Source: Trichodelitschia bisporula (lineage: Eukaryota). From it: a stretch of 64,000 nucleotides of DNA. Of the stretch, positions 1-10,718 are shown piece after piece. The notes beneath the pieces are model-generated. The model was given only the letters and a program-made list of their open reading frames with translations. It searched no databases and was not told the origin of the DNA. Location: contig ML996690.1 of assembly GCA_010356995.1 (NCBI GenBank), positions 1,086,217 to 1,150,216 of the forward strand, written 5' to 3'. Every line of letters starts with the position of its first letter. Within the stretch, counting starts at the first letter, position 1. The translations under genes and the position numbers were made by a program.

Positions 1-59
1 AGGAACCTAGCATGAAGACGGTGGTGGAGACTTTGGATAAGGAGAAGAAGGAGGTTTGA
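1..59 (+). CDS. Probable 3' end of a gene entering from the left (…EPSMKTVVETLDKEKKEV*)
   Basis: Open, purine-rich frame from the window edge to TGA at 57-59. Too short to identify. Confidence 0.35.
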   Translation, partial: EPSMKTVVETLDKEKKEV

Positions 60-740
60 GGTACTGCTTTGGCGCAAGGTATCCGTGAATCTAAATTAGA
101 GATGAAGGCAACACAGGGAGTAGAGGTTTTCCTACCAAGTTACCCAACAGTAGCACTGAAGGTGCCATCACGGTTGATATTCAAAATTTCGGATCAAGGC
201 TTCAAGGTATGCCTTCACCGTGGGATAACCAAGCCATGAGGTCATATGTTTGATGGATTCCACGTCACCCACACATCACAGTCTGTAACCCTTGAAGCAT
301 TTTATTGGAGATCGCAAAGACTGCATTCAGTTAAATATCGAGTACAAAGCACGTCCAGTCATTCCGAGCTGTACCTCTCACCAGGCCGCCACAAGCACCG
401 AACTGTCTCGTACCCTGCATTGTCACACTATTTTTCCCGAGCTACCATCTTGCAGAAGATTGAAATCCGGCAGATGTCGAAAGTTTCTTTGAAAAGATGT
501 CTGAAACATGACTGGGCCAGCCATTGAGCGCAGATCCGTCATAGCTGGCCCATCATCTGAAGAGTACCCACAAACGCCACAGCACCATGGAATTCGGATA
601 TTGTCAACAGACGCCAACTTTATCCTGATCCCAGAGTAGAAATGAATCTTGATCATGCAGCATACGTAATGCTCGTGGCACAGTCAGTCCCAGTTGAACA
701 CGGACGGGGGAGGCACGTACCTTGGCCGATGGAGAGGAAG

Positions 741-1963
741 CTAGTTCAGACGCTCGAAGTAGACCCGGTCACCCTCTTTGACCCACTTTCCGAGCATCGA
801 GTTGATGCGGGCGAAGGGATACGAGTTCCACGTGACACGATCAGGCTCAAGAACCCAGAAGTGATCATTGTCCACGGCGCCAACCGGCTTCAACTGGTCA
901 CCAGCCATGTTCTTACGGCGACCGACGCGATGGCCAGCCGCGATGTTGTCCTGGTAAACCTCCGGACGAGTCCGACCCTGCCAAGATAAAGCACCGTTGG
1001 GAAGCCGACCCGGGCCGTAAGGGGGGTAGCCGACGGGATAACCGCCAGGATATCCGCCCGGGTAGCCACCTGGGTAGCTACCAGGGTAGTACGGGGGGGC
1101 GCCAGTGACATAGTCAGTTGGATAGGCCGGAGGGTAGCCAGGGGGATACCCAGAAACGACGGGAGGACCGTAGACAGGAGGCATGGCCCCACCAGGCAGA
1201 TACGGATACTACATATCAATGAGCTTTAAACGCTAAGAAGCACGAAGAGTGAGACCAACCGGTTTGCCCGCGTACTGGGAACCAGGATAACCGGTGATGG
1301 GCGGATCCGGCGTCGCAGTAGTTGCAGCTGAACGGCGAGCCTGGTAAGTGTACGTCTCTGCGCGGTTGTCGAACGGTTGAGGGCCTTCGTTCCACTGGCG
1401 CCGAGGGTATGCCATGATCGGTTGCTGGATGTTTGGGGGCTGACCGATCGACTCGTTAGATCTTTTCTAAAGCGAACGGGGAAAGAGAAGTTTTGTTCAA
1501 GTAGAAGTTGTTGACGAGGAGGAGGAAGGGCCAAGTCTGTGTGGCAAATGGCGGGGCAATTCGCTGCGTGGAAGGCAACTATGCCCTCATGACATAGCGG
1601 TGTCGGCAGAATGGGGAAGTCGCGAGGGGGTATGGGCGGGGTGGATGACAAGGAAGCCACAGTGGTGTGAGGAAAGAGGAAGGCACGTCGGGCGATGATT
1701 AAGAGAGGGCAGTACAGACAATAACTCACGAGGGCAGGGACTAAAGCACCCCCGTACTCGACGCCGCCATAATCGACGAAATGGTCGTTCAAAGGTGCAA
1801 AGCGACCAACGCCGCCATGGTCGACGAAATGACCGTCCAAAGGCGCAAAGCGACCACGAAGGCCCCGGCCCGCCCGACCCGGATAGTGGAGGACTTGTCC
1901 ATCCACAAACATCCCGGCACGGGGCATACGGCCCTCCAGCTCGAACTCCCTGAACCGATGCAT
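741..1963 (-). CDS. Hypothetical Pro/Gly/Tyr-rich protein, 3 exons (1963-1730, 1439-1260, 1208-741)
   Basis: Phase-0 introns 1729-1440 (GTGAGT…CTAAC…CAG) and 1259-1209 (GTTGGT…TAG) join three ORF pieces in frame. Contains YPGG/GYPP repeats and a globular-looking C-terminus (DHFWVLEPDRVTWNSYPF…GKWVKEGDRVYFERL). Confidence 0.65.
1761..1856. repeat. 48-bp tandem duplication (2 copies) encoding GRFAPL(D/N)(G/D)HFVD(H/Y)GGV on the minus strand
   Basis: 1761-1808 acgccgccataatcgacgaaatggtcgttcaaaggtgcaaagcgacca versus 1809-1856 acgccgccatggtcgacgaaatgaccgtccaaaggcgcaaagcgacca. Confidence 0.9.
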
Positions 1964-2959
1964 TGCCTTCGCAGGAAAGAGGGTCAGGGTTGGTATTTGG
2001 AGTGGCTGGATGGTGGTTGTTCGGGTTGTGAAAAGGAGAGGGAGAGTGAGAGCGTGCAAAAGTACATGGCTTCGGGTTACAGACCTCGCTTATCGAAAGA
2101 AGAAGGTACGGCCCGTTTCGCACAAGAGCGATGTCCGGAGCAGTGGTCGATAAAGGAAGGTACGGCCCAGCAGCAAACCGCGCAAGTGGTGGTGACGAAA
2201 GCTCCCACTCGTCGTTCCTCCCCTTTCGAGGCTGCCTTGCTCAGCACGGACTATTACCCTCACCAAGACTATACAGTGCGGCATGATGAGGCATTGTCAC
2301 AGACAAACATTGAACATGAACTTAAACGGTTCTTTCCATATGAGCACTTCCAGAATCTCCACGTGCGTCAGAGGTCGGCGGGCCGCAAAGGTGCAAACAC
2401 AAAATACTCCAGTGGTCATCGTTGGCTTCTAAAAGGGCCCACAACACCCGATGCTGCTATTTCTATCTCGAGGTTAGCGATGTCTTCATCAAGTAACCGA
2501 AGCAACTTATGGCATAGGGACGCTGCGTATACGACTGCGGAGTTTCGCGGTCGTGGCAGTTCTCTGCCAAATGCCAGCCGGCCTCCAGATCGAACTCTGC
2601 AAAAAACAGCTGGAGTGCTCTATCGATTTATGGTTGGTTCTTAATATTGTACATCACGCTGCCGAGTTGGCGATGCGCGGTAAAGTAAAGATTTTCTCGT
2701 TATACCGTCCCATGCAGTTGTTCGAAAGAGTTGACGTCGGACTAGAATCTAGCTGGTGGCGGAACGAAATTAACGTCTTGCCTAGGCCGACCGCTGATCC
2801 CGGCTCAGGCCGCTATAACTACCGTAGAGTACTGTACGGGTCACGCATTATGCTTAGCCAAGCGCATTTAGGGATTTAACGAAGTCACTGCTACTGAAGA
2901 CGAACAGACGAACCGCGACAGTTCAATTTCCCTTCCTAATCAAACTAGACAATATTGAT

Positions 2960-3190
2960 CTATCCATCGACAGGCTCAGCGAAGCCTTGCTGGGGTTCGC
3001 CCTTATCTGGCGAATTGACGCAACGATTGAAAGATCCACTTCGCTCATCATCTCGCTGACGTTGAGGTACTTCCACAGGCAGACATTGAGTGCAGAAGGA
3101 GTGCCTGCACCCAGGGCACTCTAAGGTAGCGAGAAATTTCAGAGTAGAAGGTCCCAAACTGCACCTGCAGCAATACCACACTCTCTCCAT
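2960..3190 (-). CDS. Small Cys-rich, putative zinc-binding microprotein (76 aa)
   Basis: ATG-initiated ORF with WYCCRC…CPGCRHSFCTQC. Confidence 0.5.
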   Translation of the reverse strand: MERVWYCCRCSLGPSTLKFLATLECPGCRHSFCTQCLPVEVPQRQRDDERSGSFNRCVNSPDKGEPQQGFAEPVDG

Positions 3191-3713
3191 TGCGAAGGGG
3201 CGTTCTTCAGGGGAGGTGTACCAGGGAATTTCGACCCAAGATGATTGAATTAGTACTGCCTAGGAGTAAGAAACCAGCTACATCGTCCCGAATTTTCACT
3301 CACCAGGCTTTGAAGAGGGTTGCCTTGTATTCTCGCAAGAACATCCACTGGGGCCTTCATGCATGTCCGCACCAACACGCTCAGCTTCCCCGCTCTCAGC
3401 CTCATGGCCCCGGCACGCTTTGCGAGTACTACCGTCCGTGGCAGGTCGGAAGACGCCTTGCAAGGCCTCCTCATTCTGACTTCCTTCAGAAAGCCGACAA
3501 CCTTGAGCTATTTTACCGTACCCTGCTAGTCCACAGCCACCAAGTCCAGATATTCACTCGCAGCAGTGATTCTTTGCCACTTAGAAACCTCACCTACGCA
3601 ATGTTCGGCATCGCACACTCGAAGACAACTCGAAAATGCCGGGATAGAACTATTAAAGTATAGTTGCTCCTTATATCCTTCTTCCTAGCCCTTCCATCCC
3701 CTCAATATTGAAC

Positions 3714-3971
3714 TCAAGTTGATGCGGTGTCAGTGATGACAGGCGTTATTTCACAGTTGCCACAGAATATGTGCTGGCATGTGACGCAACCGGCGTATAA
3801 CCCAGTAGAGTAGAGCGCTCTACAACGACAACAACAGTACACCATAGTAGCCTCCGTTCTTCTATAGCTTCCACCGGAGTTATTCGAAGTACTCGAAGCT
3901 GTGGGAGGTGTTTCGGTTTTTTCTTGACTGGACTGGGATCCAGTCGCGCAGCAACTCCAAGTAGACGTCAT
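3714..3971 (-). CDS. Small Cys-rich, putative zinc-binding microprotein (ATG at 3971 or 3845)
   Basis: YCCCRC…CVTCQHIFCGNC, the same Cys/His pattern as the ORF at 2960-3190. Confidence 0.5.
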   Translation of the reverse strand: MTSTWSCCATGSQSSQEKTETPPTASSTSNNSGGSYRRTEATMVYCCCRCRALYSTGLYAGCVTCQHIFCGNCEITPVITDTAST

Positions 3972-4633
3972 TGCGATGACCGAGATCCGCAATTAAATGC
4001 AACCTATTATGTCAGAAGGAATCTCCAACCCAAACCTTACTTACCGCCTGGTGAAAAAGTTGGCTGTTATTCTCTGCACGTCGTCCACCCACGAGCTTAT
4101 AACCTCCCCACCCAGCCCTCAGCTTGCCTACCCTGCTCTCAGCCTGACCACTCTAGACTGCCCAGGCGAAAAGTGCCTTGTTGACGGTAGCCTTGTCATG
4201 TTCCTTGTCCATGATGCATTATGCAACGCCACTGTCCAATTGACACTACAAAGGCTGCACATTGCCAGGCAATTGGCCATGGCCTGGCAGCAAGCCGAAA
4301 CCTCAAAATGCAGGCCATAAATCACTCGAGACACAGGTATTTGAAAAGCCATGATATTGGACACACTAACGAACGCCTTGGATAAACGCAGAGCAGTCAG
4401 GGTATTAAAAGGAACACACAGACGCTAATCATGTCGGCTCCCACCTGCCCAGACCCAGGAATGTACTTCGAAATTGCCGTCAACGCCGTGGGGAATCCCG
4501 ATAGGTATAACTTCCCATTCGCCTCGCATAATTGGCAAGATTTCAAAGAGATCCACGCCAAGTAACGCCGTGTAAAACATGTTAAGACATCCGTCCGCAG
4601 AACGCCCGAGCCCGTGAGGATGACTGAAGCTAT

Positions 4634-5603
4634 CTAGGCGGCCGTGGCCTTCGTGTCGACGGAGGACTCGGTTTCCTGAATAGGCTCCAGGGGGAGAACC
4701 GACTTGCCAAAGATGAGGCGATCGTCTCCCTTGGGGACCTCAACAGAGTTCTCATCGAGACCGTCGGGGTAGAAGCTGGCGGTTTCAAGATCGCCAAGAG
4801 GAGCGCGGTCCTCCACCATGGCTTCGGCAGCGGCGGCCTTGCGGACGACACTCGAAATTCCGGGATGGACTTGACCACAGGAAGTGCCAGCAGGACCATT
4901 GAAGCCAGGGGGGGGGAGGTTTTCCTTGTTCGCCTCAGTGAAAGCATCAGGGGTAGACGTCGAGATCTCAAGGACGGCAGTAGAATGCTCCATAAGATTC
5001 GTAGCTTCTTCCTGGGGAGTATCTTCGTAGATCTCGAAGATCCAAGAGTCCGGGATCGGATCTTTCGTGCCGGTATTCATCTCGACGACTTCTGGCTTGT
5101 CCTTGGCACCACCCAGTGCCGCCTGAAGGCTGAAGGGCGGGATCGAGGACGATTCGTCGCTCAGGACCGAGAACTTGCGAAGTCCAGAATTGCGACGAAC
5201 CTTGGACAGAGCACCGATGCGCTGGTGCTTTGGACGAGCTCCCATGGCGCTCGGACGACCACCCTGCGCGCTAGAGAGTGCCTTGGGCTTAGGCTCGACA
5301 ACCTTGAGGGCTTTCGGAATAATATCGAGGGAACCCTTGGCGCGCTTCGAAGGTGACATGTTCTCGAAATCGGAGACATCTTCGGCGATGCTGATCTCAG
5401 CCAGGCGACGCTTCGGGCTCTGCAACGGGGCCTTGCCGCCTTCGTTGATGTAGATGGCTACAAACTGGAGTGAGAAAGGTGCATTTGAAAAAAATTAAGG
5501 CTTAAAACTTACAGTTCTGGACATTCTTGATGCTGCCAAGCTTCTGGTAACGCTTCAAGGAGACCTCGCCCAGAGGCAAGCGATTGCTAGTGAGGGGGGG
5601 CAT
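4634..5603 (-). CDS. Conserved-type hypothetical protein; Acm1-like APC/C-degron-rich protein. Exons 5603-5513 and 5457-4634
   Basis: Intron 5512-5458 (GTAAGT…TAG) joins MPPLTSNRLPLGEVS… in frame to the 263-aa ORF. Motifs FEIYEDT, KENLPP and RAPLGDL, plus CDK sites SPKR and SPSKR. Confidence 0.8.
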
Positions 5604-7847
5604 TATGACGGGTTGCAGAGTGACGAGCTGATTCCAAAAGACGACCGGGAGTTGGCGAAATGATCAAGGGACGATGCGAGGTAAGAAGATGGTGGTGAGT
5701 TCTGAGAGACCACCAGGACGCTGGCAAAGCGCAGAACCAAGCACCACCAAAGTGTGTACTCCTCAGTTGCTAGCACCGAGGACGTGAGTTTGACGTAAGG
5801 GATATTCTCGCCGAAGAGTGGGGAAGGTGAGGGGAGAAGAGAGTGGAGGTTGGAGGTTGAGGAAGGGAAGGGAAGTGAATGGCGATGAGGAGGTCATTCA
5901 ATGCCCCGCGTTCGAGGAACCGAGCTTGGGCCAACACGCGCTGGATAGTCGCGACTTCTCCTCTTCCCACTTCCACTTCCCAGAGGGCGCGGCACGGCAG
6001 CACAGACAGGGAACTGGGCAGTCGCGTTCAACATGCAGCTAATCCCGATATGGACTGACTTGGCACTTCTCGTGCAGCGAGGCTTACCTAAGTGCGAGCA
6101 GACAGGGATGGCGAAGGTGACTTCATTTGCTGTGAGCGCTTCTCGTCTCTCCGTCCCCTCGTCCCCCTCCCACCATCCCTCCCAAGCCCCATCGCTCGAG
6201 TCTCATCGCAAGGTTACGCGAATCCGTCGCGACCGCGCTGCGAGCGTGTTCTGCGGCTGAGCGTGCAGCGGAGCAGAAGTTGGCAGCGCTTCCTCTGGTG
6301 CAGCAGCGCCGGCGCCGCAGCATTGGCGAAACGGCATAAACTACTTCTTTGGCTGCATGACACAATATCTCGGTTCATTATCTCCTCGCCGGCCTCTCCG
6401 CCTCCAATGCTCTCTTCCTTTATTCCCTGAGCGCCTACACTGGACGTATCGGCTGCGGCCGGCGGACTGCGGCCGGCCCGCATAAAGGGACATGCCTGGC
6501 CACCCGGCTTGCTCGCGACGCGCACGCGATTTCGGTCGGGCAGGGCCTGAATTGCTGCGCGTCAGCCGCTCCTCATACAGCTGCGCCGCCGTGTGACTTT
6601 TGAGTTTTCTCGCTGGTGTGACGGGCACGTCTTGCTCGGAACTTTGGTCACGCCAATTGATTAGTTGAAACACTGACCATTTGATATGCAGCTTCGTAAA
6701 GCGAAGGCATTGGCCTTGGGTAACTCGACCTTCATCATTCAACGTCAGAAAAATTCAAACCGGTATGTCCTCGTCCATTGTCTACATGAGTGCTGTGTGA
6801 GTTTCAACGTGCAATCGTCCAAAGTCCATAGCTTGTTCTCCAGCCGTACTGGCAGTAACGCCTCCCAAACATCGTATACCTCGACTGAATCGCCTGAACC
6901 TTGATGAGCTATCCGCCTTTCTCCTGTGGCCTCAGTCTCCAGGTCTCCAGAACTCTCCAGTCGAACCATAGAATTATGTCGCGGAACTTCAGGCTTTTGA
7001 TAGGCTTGGTGCATGCCTTCAGCGGAGTGACCCGGTTCGGCTCAACCAAGACGACCTCGAACAGACCTGGATACCACCCACTCTCCAGCACATAGGACGC
7101 AAACATCTCTCGAACTTCGGTTTCGCGAGCCTTGTGAGATAGACTGTCAGTATGCTCGGCGCTGTGGGAACGCAAAAATCGTCGTGAACCCACGGGAAGC
7201 ACACACGCACACGCGGGCGCTGCGAAAGAAAGACGACGCGGTGGGAGACGGGCATTTTGACGTTACGATACAACTCTATGGACGGCTGTGCTGTTCCAGT
7301 GTATAGACCGAAGCGATTGAGCTCTCTCCGATTCAGTCGACAGTATCCGCCATGGTAATGTGTTGCGAATGCCGATGAAGCACGAGACTAGTGCAAGTGG
7401 CCGCCGCGGTGCTTCTAGAGAACTGGGACTCAGAGCTACGGTATCGACCCGAGATGTTCTAAGGCGAGATGCAAGGTGCCTTGAGCATGGCGCTCGCTCG
7501 GGTCTTGCGCTGTGAGAAGTCCACTAGCATATACTCTGCGATGTTCTGAAGGAGCTTCTTGGGTATCTCCTACGTCACCACGACATGGACCTGAGGGCTC
7601 GCGGATATGCATCTGAACGCTATCTGTTGAAGGGCATAGTCCGTCTCCTCCACAGTGACGGGCTTTCCGCACTTCGGTTCACAATCAAGTTCTTTGACAA
7701 TGCGCTAAGCAATGGTACCGATGTTACAGTTGTCAGGTTGTCGGTAGAGATGAAATCACCACGACGCCACCGGTTTCCACGGATTCGATCAACTTGCAGC
7801 GGGTGCGGAACGAGGTGGATTTAGGGCGGACAGACAGTGATATCTGG

Positions 7848-7886
7848 CCAAAGGAACTGCTGTGAGTCCCACAGCAGTTCCTTTGG
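7848..7886. repeat. Perfect 17-bp inverted repeat with a 5-nt loop
   Basis: ccaaaggaactgctgtg-agtcc-cacagcagttcctttgg. Confidence 0.9.
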
Positions 7887-9709
7887 TTAGGTACCACAGT
7901 ACTCCAGATAGAGGGTCTCCTCGATATGGCGTGTCCCACAAGTTGCGCCGTTCAAGATCAGGAGGAAGATTGACAACAAATTCGAATCGGAGTGGTATGG
8001 TTCGCAACCATTCCAAAGCCCGCAAATGCCATAGTGACTGGTAGGGACGGAGTGCATAGTAGTTTGAGCTTTGAGGCCGCGATTCTGTGTATGAAAGGGG
8101 TTGCTTGGGCCAAGGGCCACCCGAAAAGATCGTGACAGGCCCCGTCCGCAAAAACGCCTAGCAGAGTGGCTATGACTTCTTCAAGTGAATCCGGGATCCC
8201 TGTGCAGGGGAGTGGAGCACGGTACACGGATCTGGCGGGTGTACGGCCCGATCAACGCCTTCAAAGCCTTTGACTGGCGGAGCTTAGATCTCGGCTGGTC
8301 CCGCGTGATGGCGCGCATTAGCGCGTTTTCCTGCAACTCCGCTCATCGGGGACGGGGTCAGCCTTGTGGGTTGTGTGAAGCGAATGTATCTAGCTGTTGA
8401 GTGAGGGAGCCTCTCATACCCTTTGATTGCCAGGTTCCCATGGATAACGTCACAGGGTCTAAACTGTAGTGTAGCAAGTCGGTGTTTTGAGCTTTTTTGG
8501 TTGAAGTTGGAAGTCGGAAGTCTGAAGTCCGGGAGCTACGAACACTGTGACATCTCCTTCTCCTCCACCGGGCAAGCCCTGGGTGAGGACCAAAATCTTA
8601 GGCAGAGATTTCAGTAATCAATTGATTGATATGTTCGATTATCGTCGTGCCGTGACTTTCCGATCACAACTCCCTGGCGAGATATCGCGGCGAGGGGCGC
8701 GGGGCGCGGGGAACGGTGCGAACACTCCAGCGTAGGGCGCGGGTGAAGGAGGGTATGAACCTTTCTGCGTGCTCGGGCAGCGCGTAAGAAGAGAGACGGG
8801 CAATAAAACAGTTCAAGGGTTGCCTAAAAATATCCTGATCGCCCCTGCCGCAAGTATGACTGGCCATGGCGACTACGAATTATTTGCATTGCTCTTGAGC
8901 CCTTGCGGTTTAAACAGAGCTCAGTAAATCTTGATTTGACCCTCGAGATCTTCAGTGGACCCTGATAGCCCCAACCCTGCCCCGCAATCCAGACCCGTCT
9001 CGCCAGGGTCCCGCCCCACAAAAACACCACTCACCTGGGTCTATCGTGAACCTAGAACAAGCTTCGGCTTCGCAATTCTCCGGGCTCGCCAAGTTTCCCC
9101 ACTCTCCGTCCGCTGCAAGTATACAGGCAGGCCCTCTCCCTCTCCCTCTTCTCTCCCCACCGCGCTAATTTTTTTATAGTGGCTGTTTCGGTACCAGCAC
9201 TATATTGGCGGTAGCAACAGTACTTCGTTGCTTCAGTAAGACAAGTAAATCCTCTCCTCATTTGCATGCGTCCCAAGCTGAGTCTTTTACAGTATTTGGC
9301 CACTTGCTCGAGAAGCCAGGCCTTCGACAAGCCCTGAGCCCTCGCCATGTAGAACGAGGGCGTCTGTGTATGGACTCGCATGCACTCCGCGGAGACGGGA
9401 TATGTCTCCGTAACAGCTCATCAACTGGGCGAACCGGTACGCTCGATCAGCCGCGTTTCATTCGACGATTCGTCGGTGTTGCGGAGCCAGGTCTTGGGGA
9501 GCCGGCCGCACTGGCGGGTGAGTAAAGAGGTAATTCCCTGGTGGGCGAGCAGGTTTTGAACCGGGTCTCTTTCCCATAATACCTTAACTTCCAGGGCATA
9601 TGGCGTATTCCCTCGGTATCAGGCGGCTTTCCCCGGAGACGTGCGGCTCGACACCGTACGCCAATGGCGGGTTATGCTGGTCGGCTGGTGCTCGTCAGAA
9701 CATACAAGC

Positions 9710-10348
9710 ATGACTATATTACAATTACAACCAACTAGTGGATGGGAGAGCGAGGCAGGTGTGAGGGTAGGTCAAGTACTGGCTAACGATGTAGAGCCGG
9801 TGGAGATGAGAAGAGGAGTCAGAGAATGCTGCAGGCCAAGGGACACTCGGTACGTACTGCAACCTATGCCCATCCTTTGGGAGGCCCCGGAGGAGGAGGC
9901 CCAAGCAGAAAGCTACGATGAAATCTACAGGTACGAGAAGAGCCTCGGCCCCGACGTGTACGAGCTTGAGAGCGACGCGTTCTTTCTGGCCTGGGACCGG
10001 TGGGACCGATTCGAAGAACGCGACAAACAGGTGAAGGAGAACTGGAAGCGGCGGGTGTGGGAACAGAACGAAGATGGACTTGACAGGCATGAGTTGGGAT
10101 ACGACTACATCGGACGCATGGCGGATCGATTCGAATTTACAGAAAGTGTGATCGATGCGATAGAGAGGACTGACTGGTACGCCAACTTTAAAGAAGCGTG
10201 GCAAGAAATGGAGGAGAAGGCCATTGAAGAGGAGGCTAGGCGTATGTTCAGGATGAAAGCGCGCATAGGGAAGGGTGTCAAGCGCAAGCGGAGCGCAAGC
10301 CTTGGGGAGGAGGTGAAGCGCTTGCGGAGCTGGGGTCATTTAATGTGA
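9710..10348 (+). CDS. Hypothetical charged/aromatic-rich protein with a C-terminal NLS-like motif (start uncertain)
   Basis: ORF of more than 200 codons with protein-like E/D/W/R composition, ending KRKRSASLGEEVKRLR. Confidence 0.55.
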   Translation: MTILQLQPTSGWESEAGVRVGQVLANDVEPVEMRRGVRECCRPRDTRYVLQPMPILWEAPEEEAQAESYDEIYRYEKSLGPDVYELESDAFFLAWDRWDRFEERDKQVKENWKRRVWEQNEDGLDRHELGYDYIGRMADRFEFTESVIDAIERTDWYANFKEAWQEMEEKAIEEEARRMFRMKARIGKGVKRKRSASLGEEVKRLRSWGHLM

Positions 10349-10718
10349 ATGCCTAGGTACCTTCTCCAATTTTTCCCTGAAGATCTCAAAAAAAAGAGAC
10401 CAGGTTTTTCACATGGAGTTTAAAGGCCTATGGCGGGATGGGCGTTTGTATGATAGTTCAGTCGACTCGTTTGGTCGGATAATCATTCACTTGTGTGGTT
10501 CTCATGTCATTATCTCTGTTCCATGCACGGTCAACGTGGGTACTAGGGAAACCTGTTATGTCTCATGCTTCTCATTGCAGTCCAAGCCGTAGCATTTGTA
10601 ATATCCGTTACAACAGTACTCTGGTCATAATCATACACTGGTCATCATGAAATGCCCCCATCAGGTCTCGAAAATGGCCTTAATATTGTCCATTCCATTT
10701 TACCTGGCATTATTCCTA

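Noticed and set aside
423..656. Possible third Cys microprotein (WCCGVCG…GP)
   Set aside because: It lacks the second CxxCxHxxCxxC half, and no convincing splice or frameshift restores it.
1781..2644. 287-aa plus-strand ORF
   Set aside because: It is antisense to the better-supported spliced minus-strand gene and its promoter, and has no recognisable motifs.
4128..4364. Cys-containing ORF adjacent to the microprotein pair
   Set aside because: Cys spacing does not match the shared pattern, and it lies in the likely 3' region of the upstream gene.
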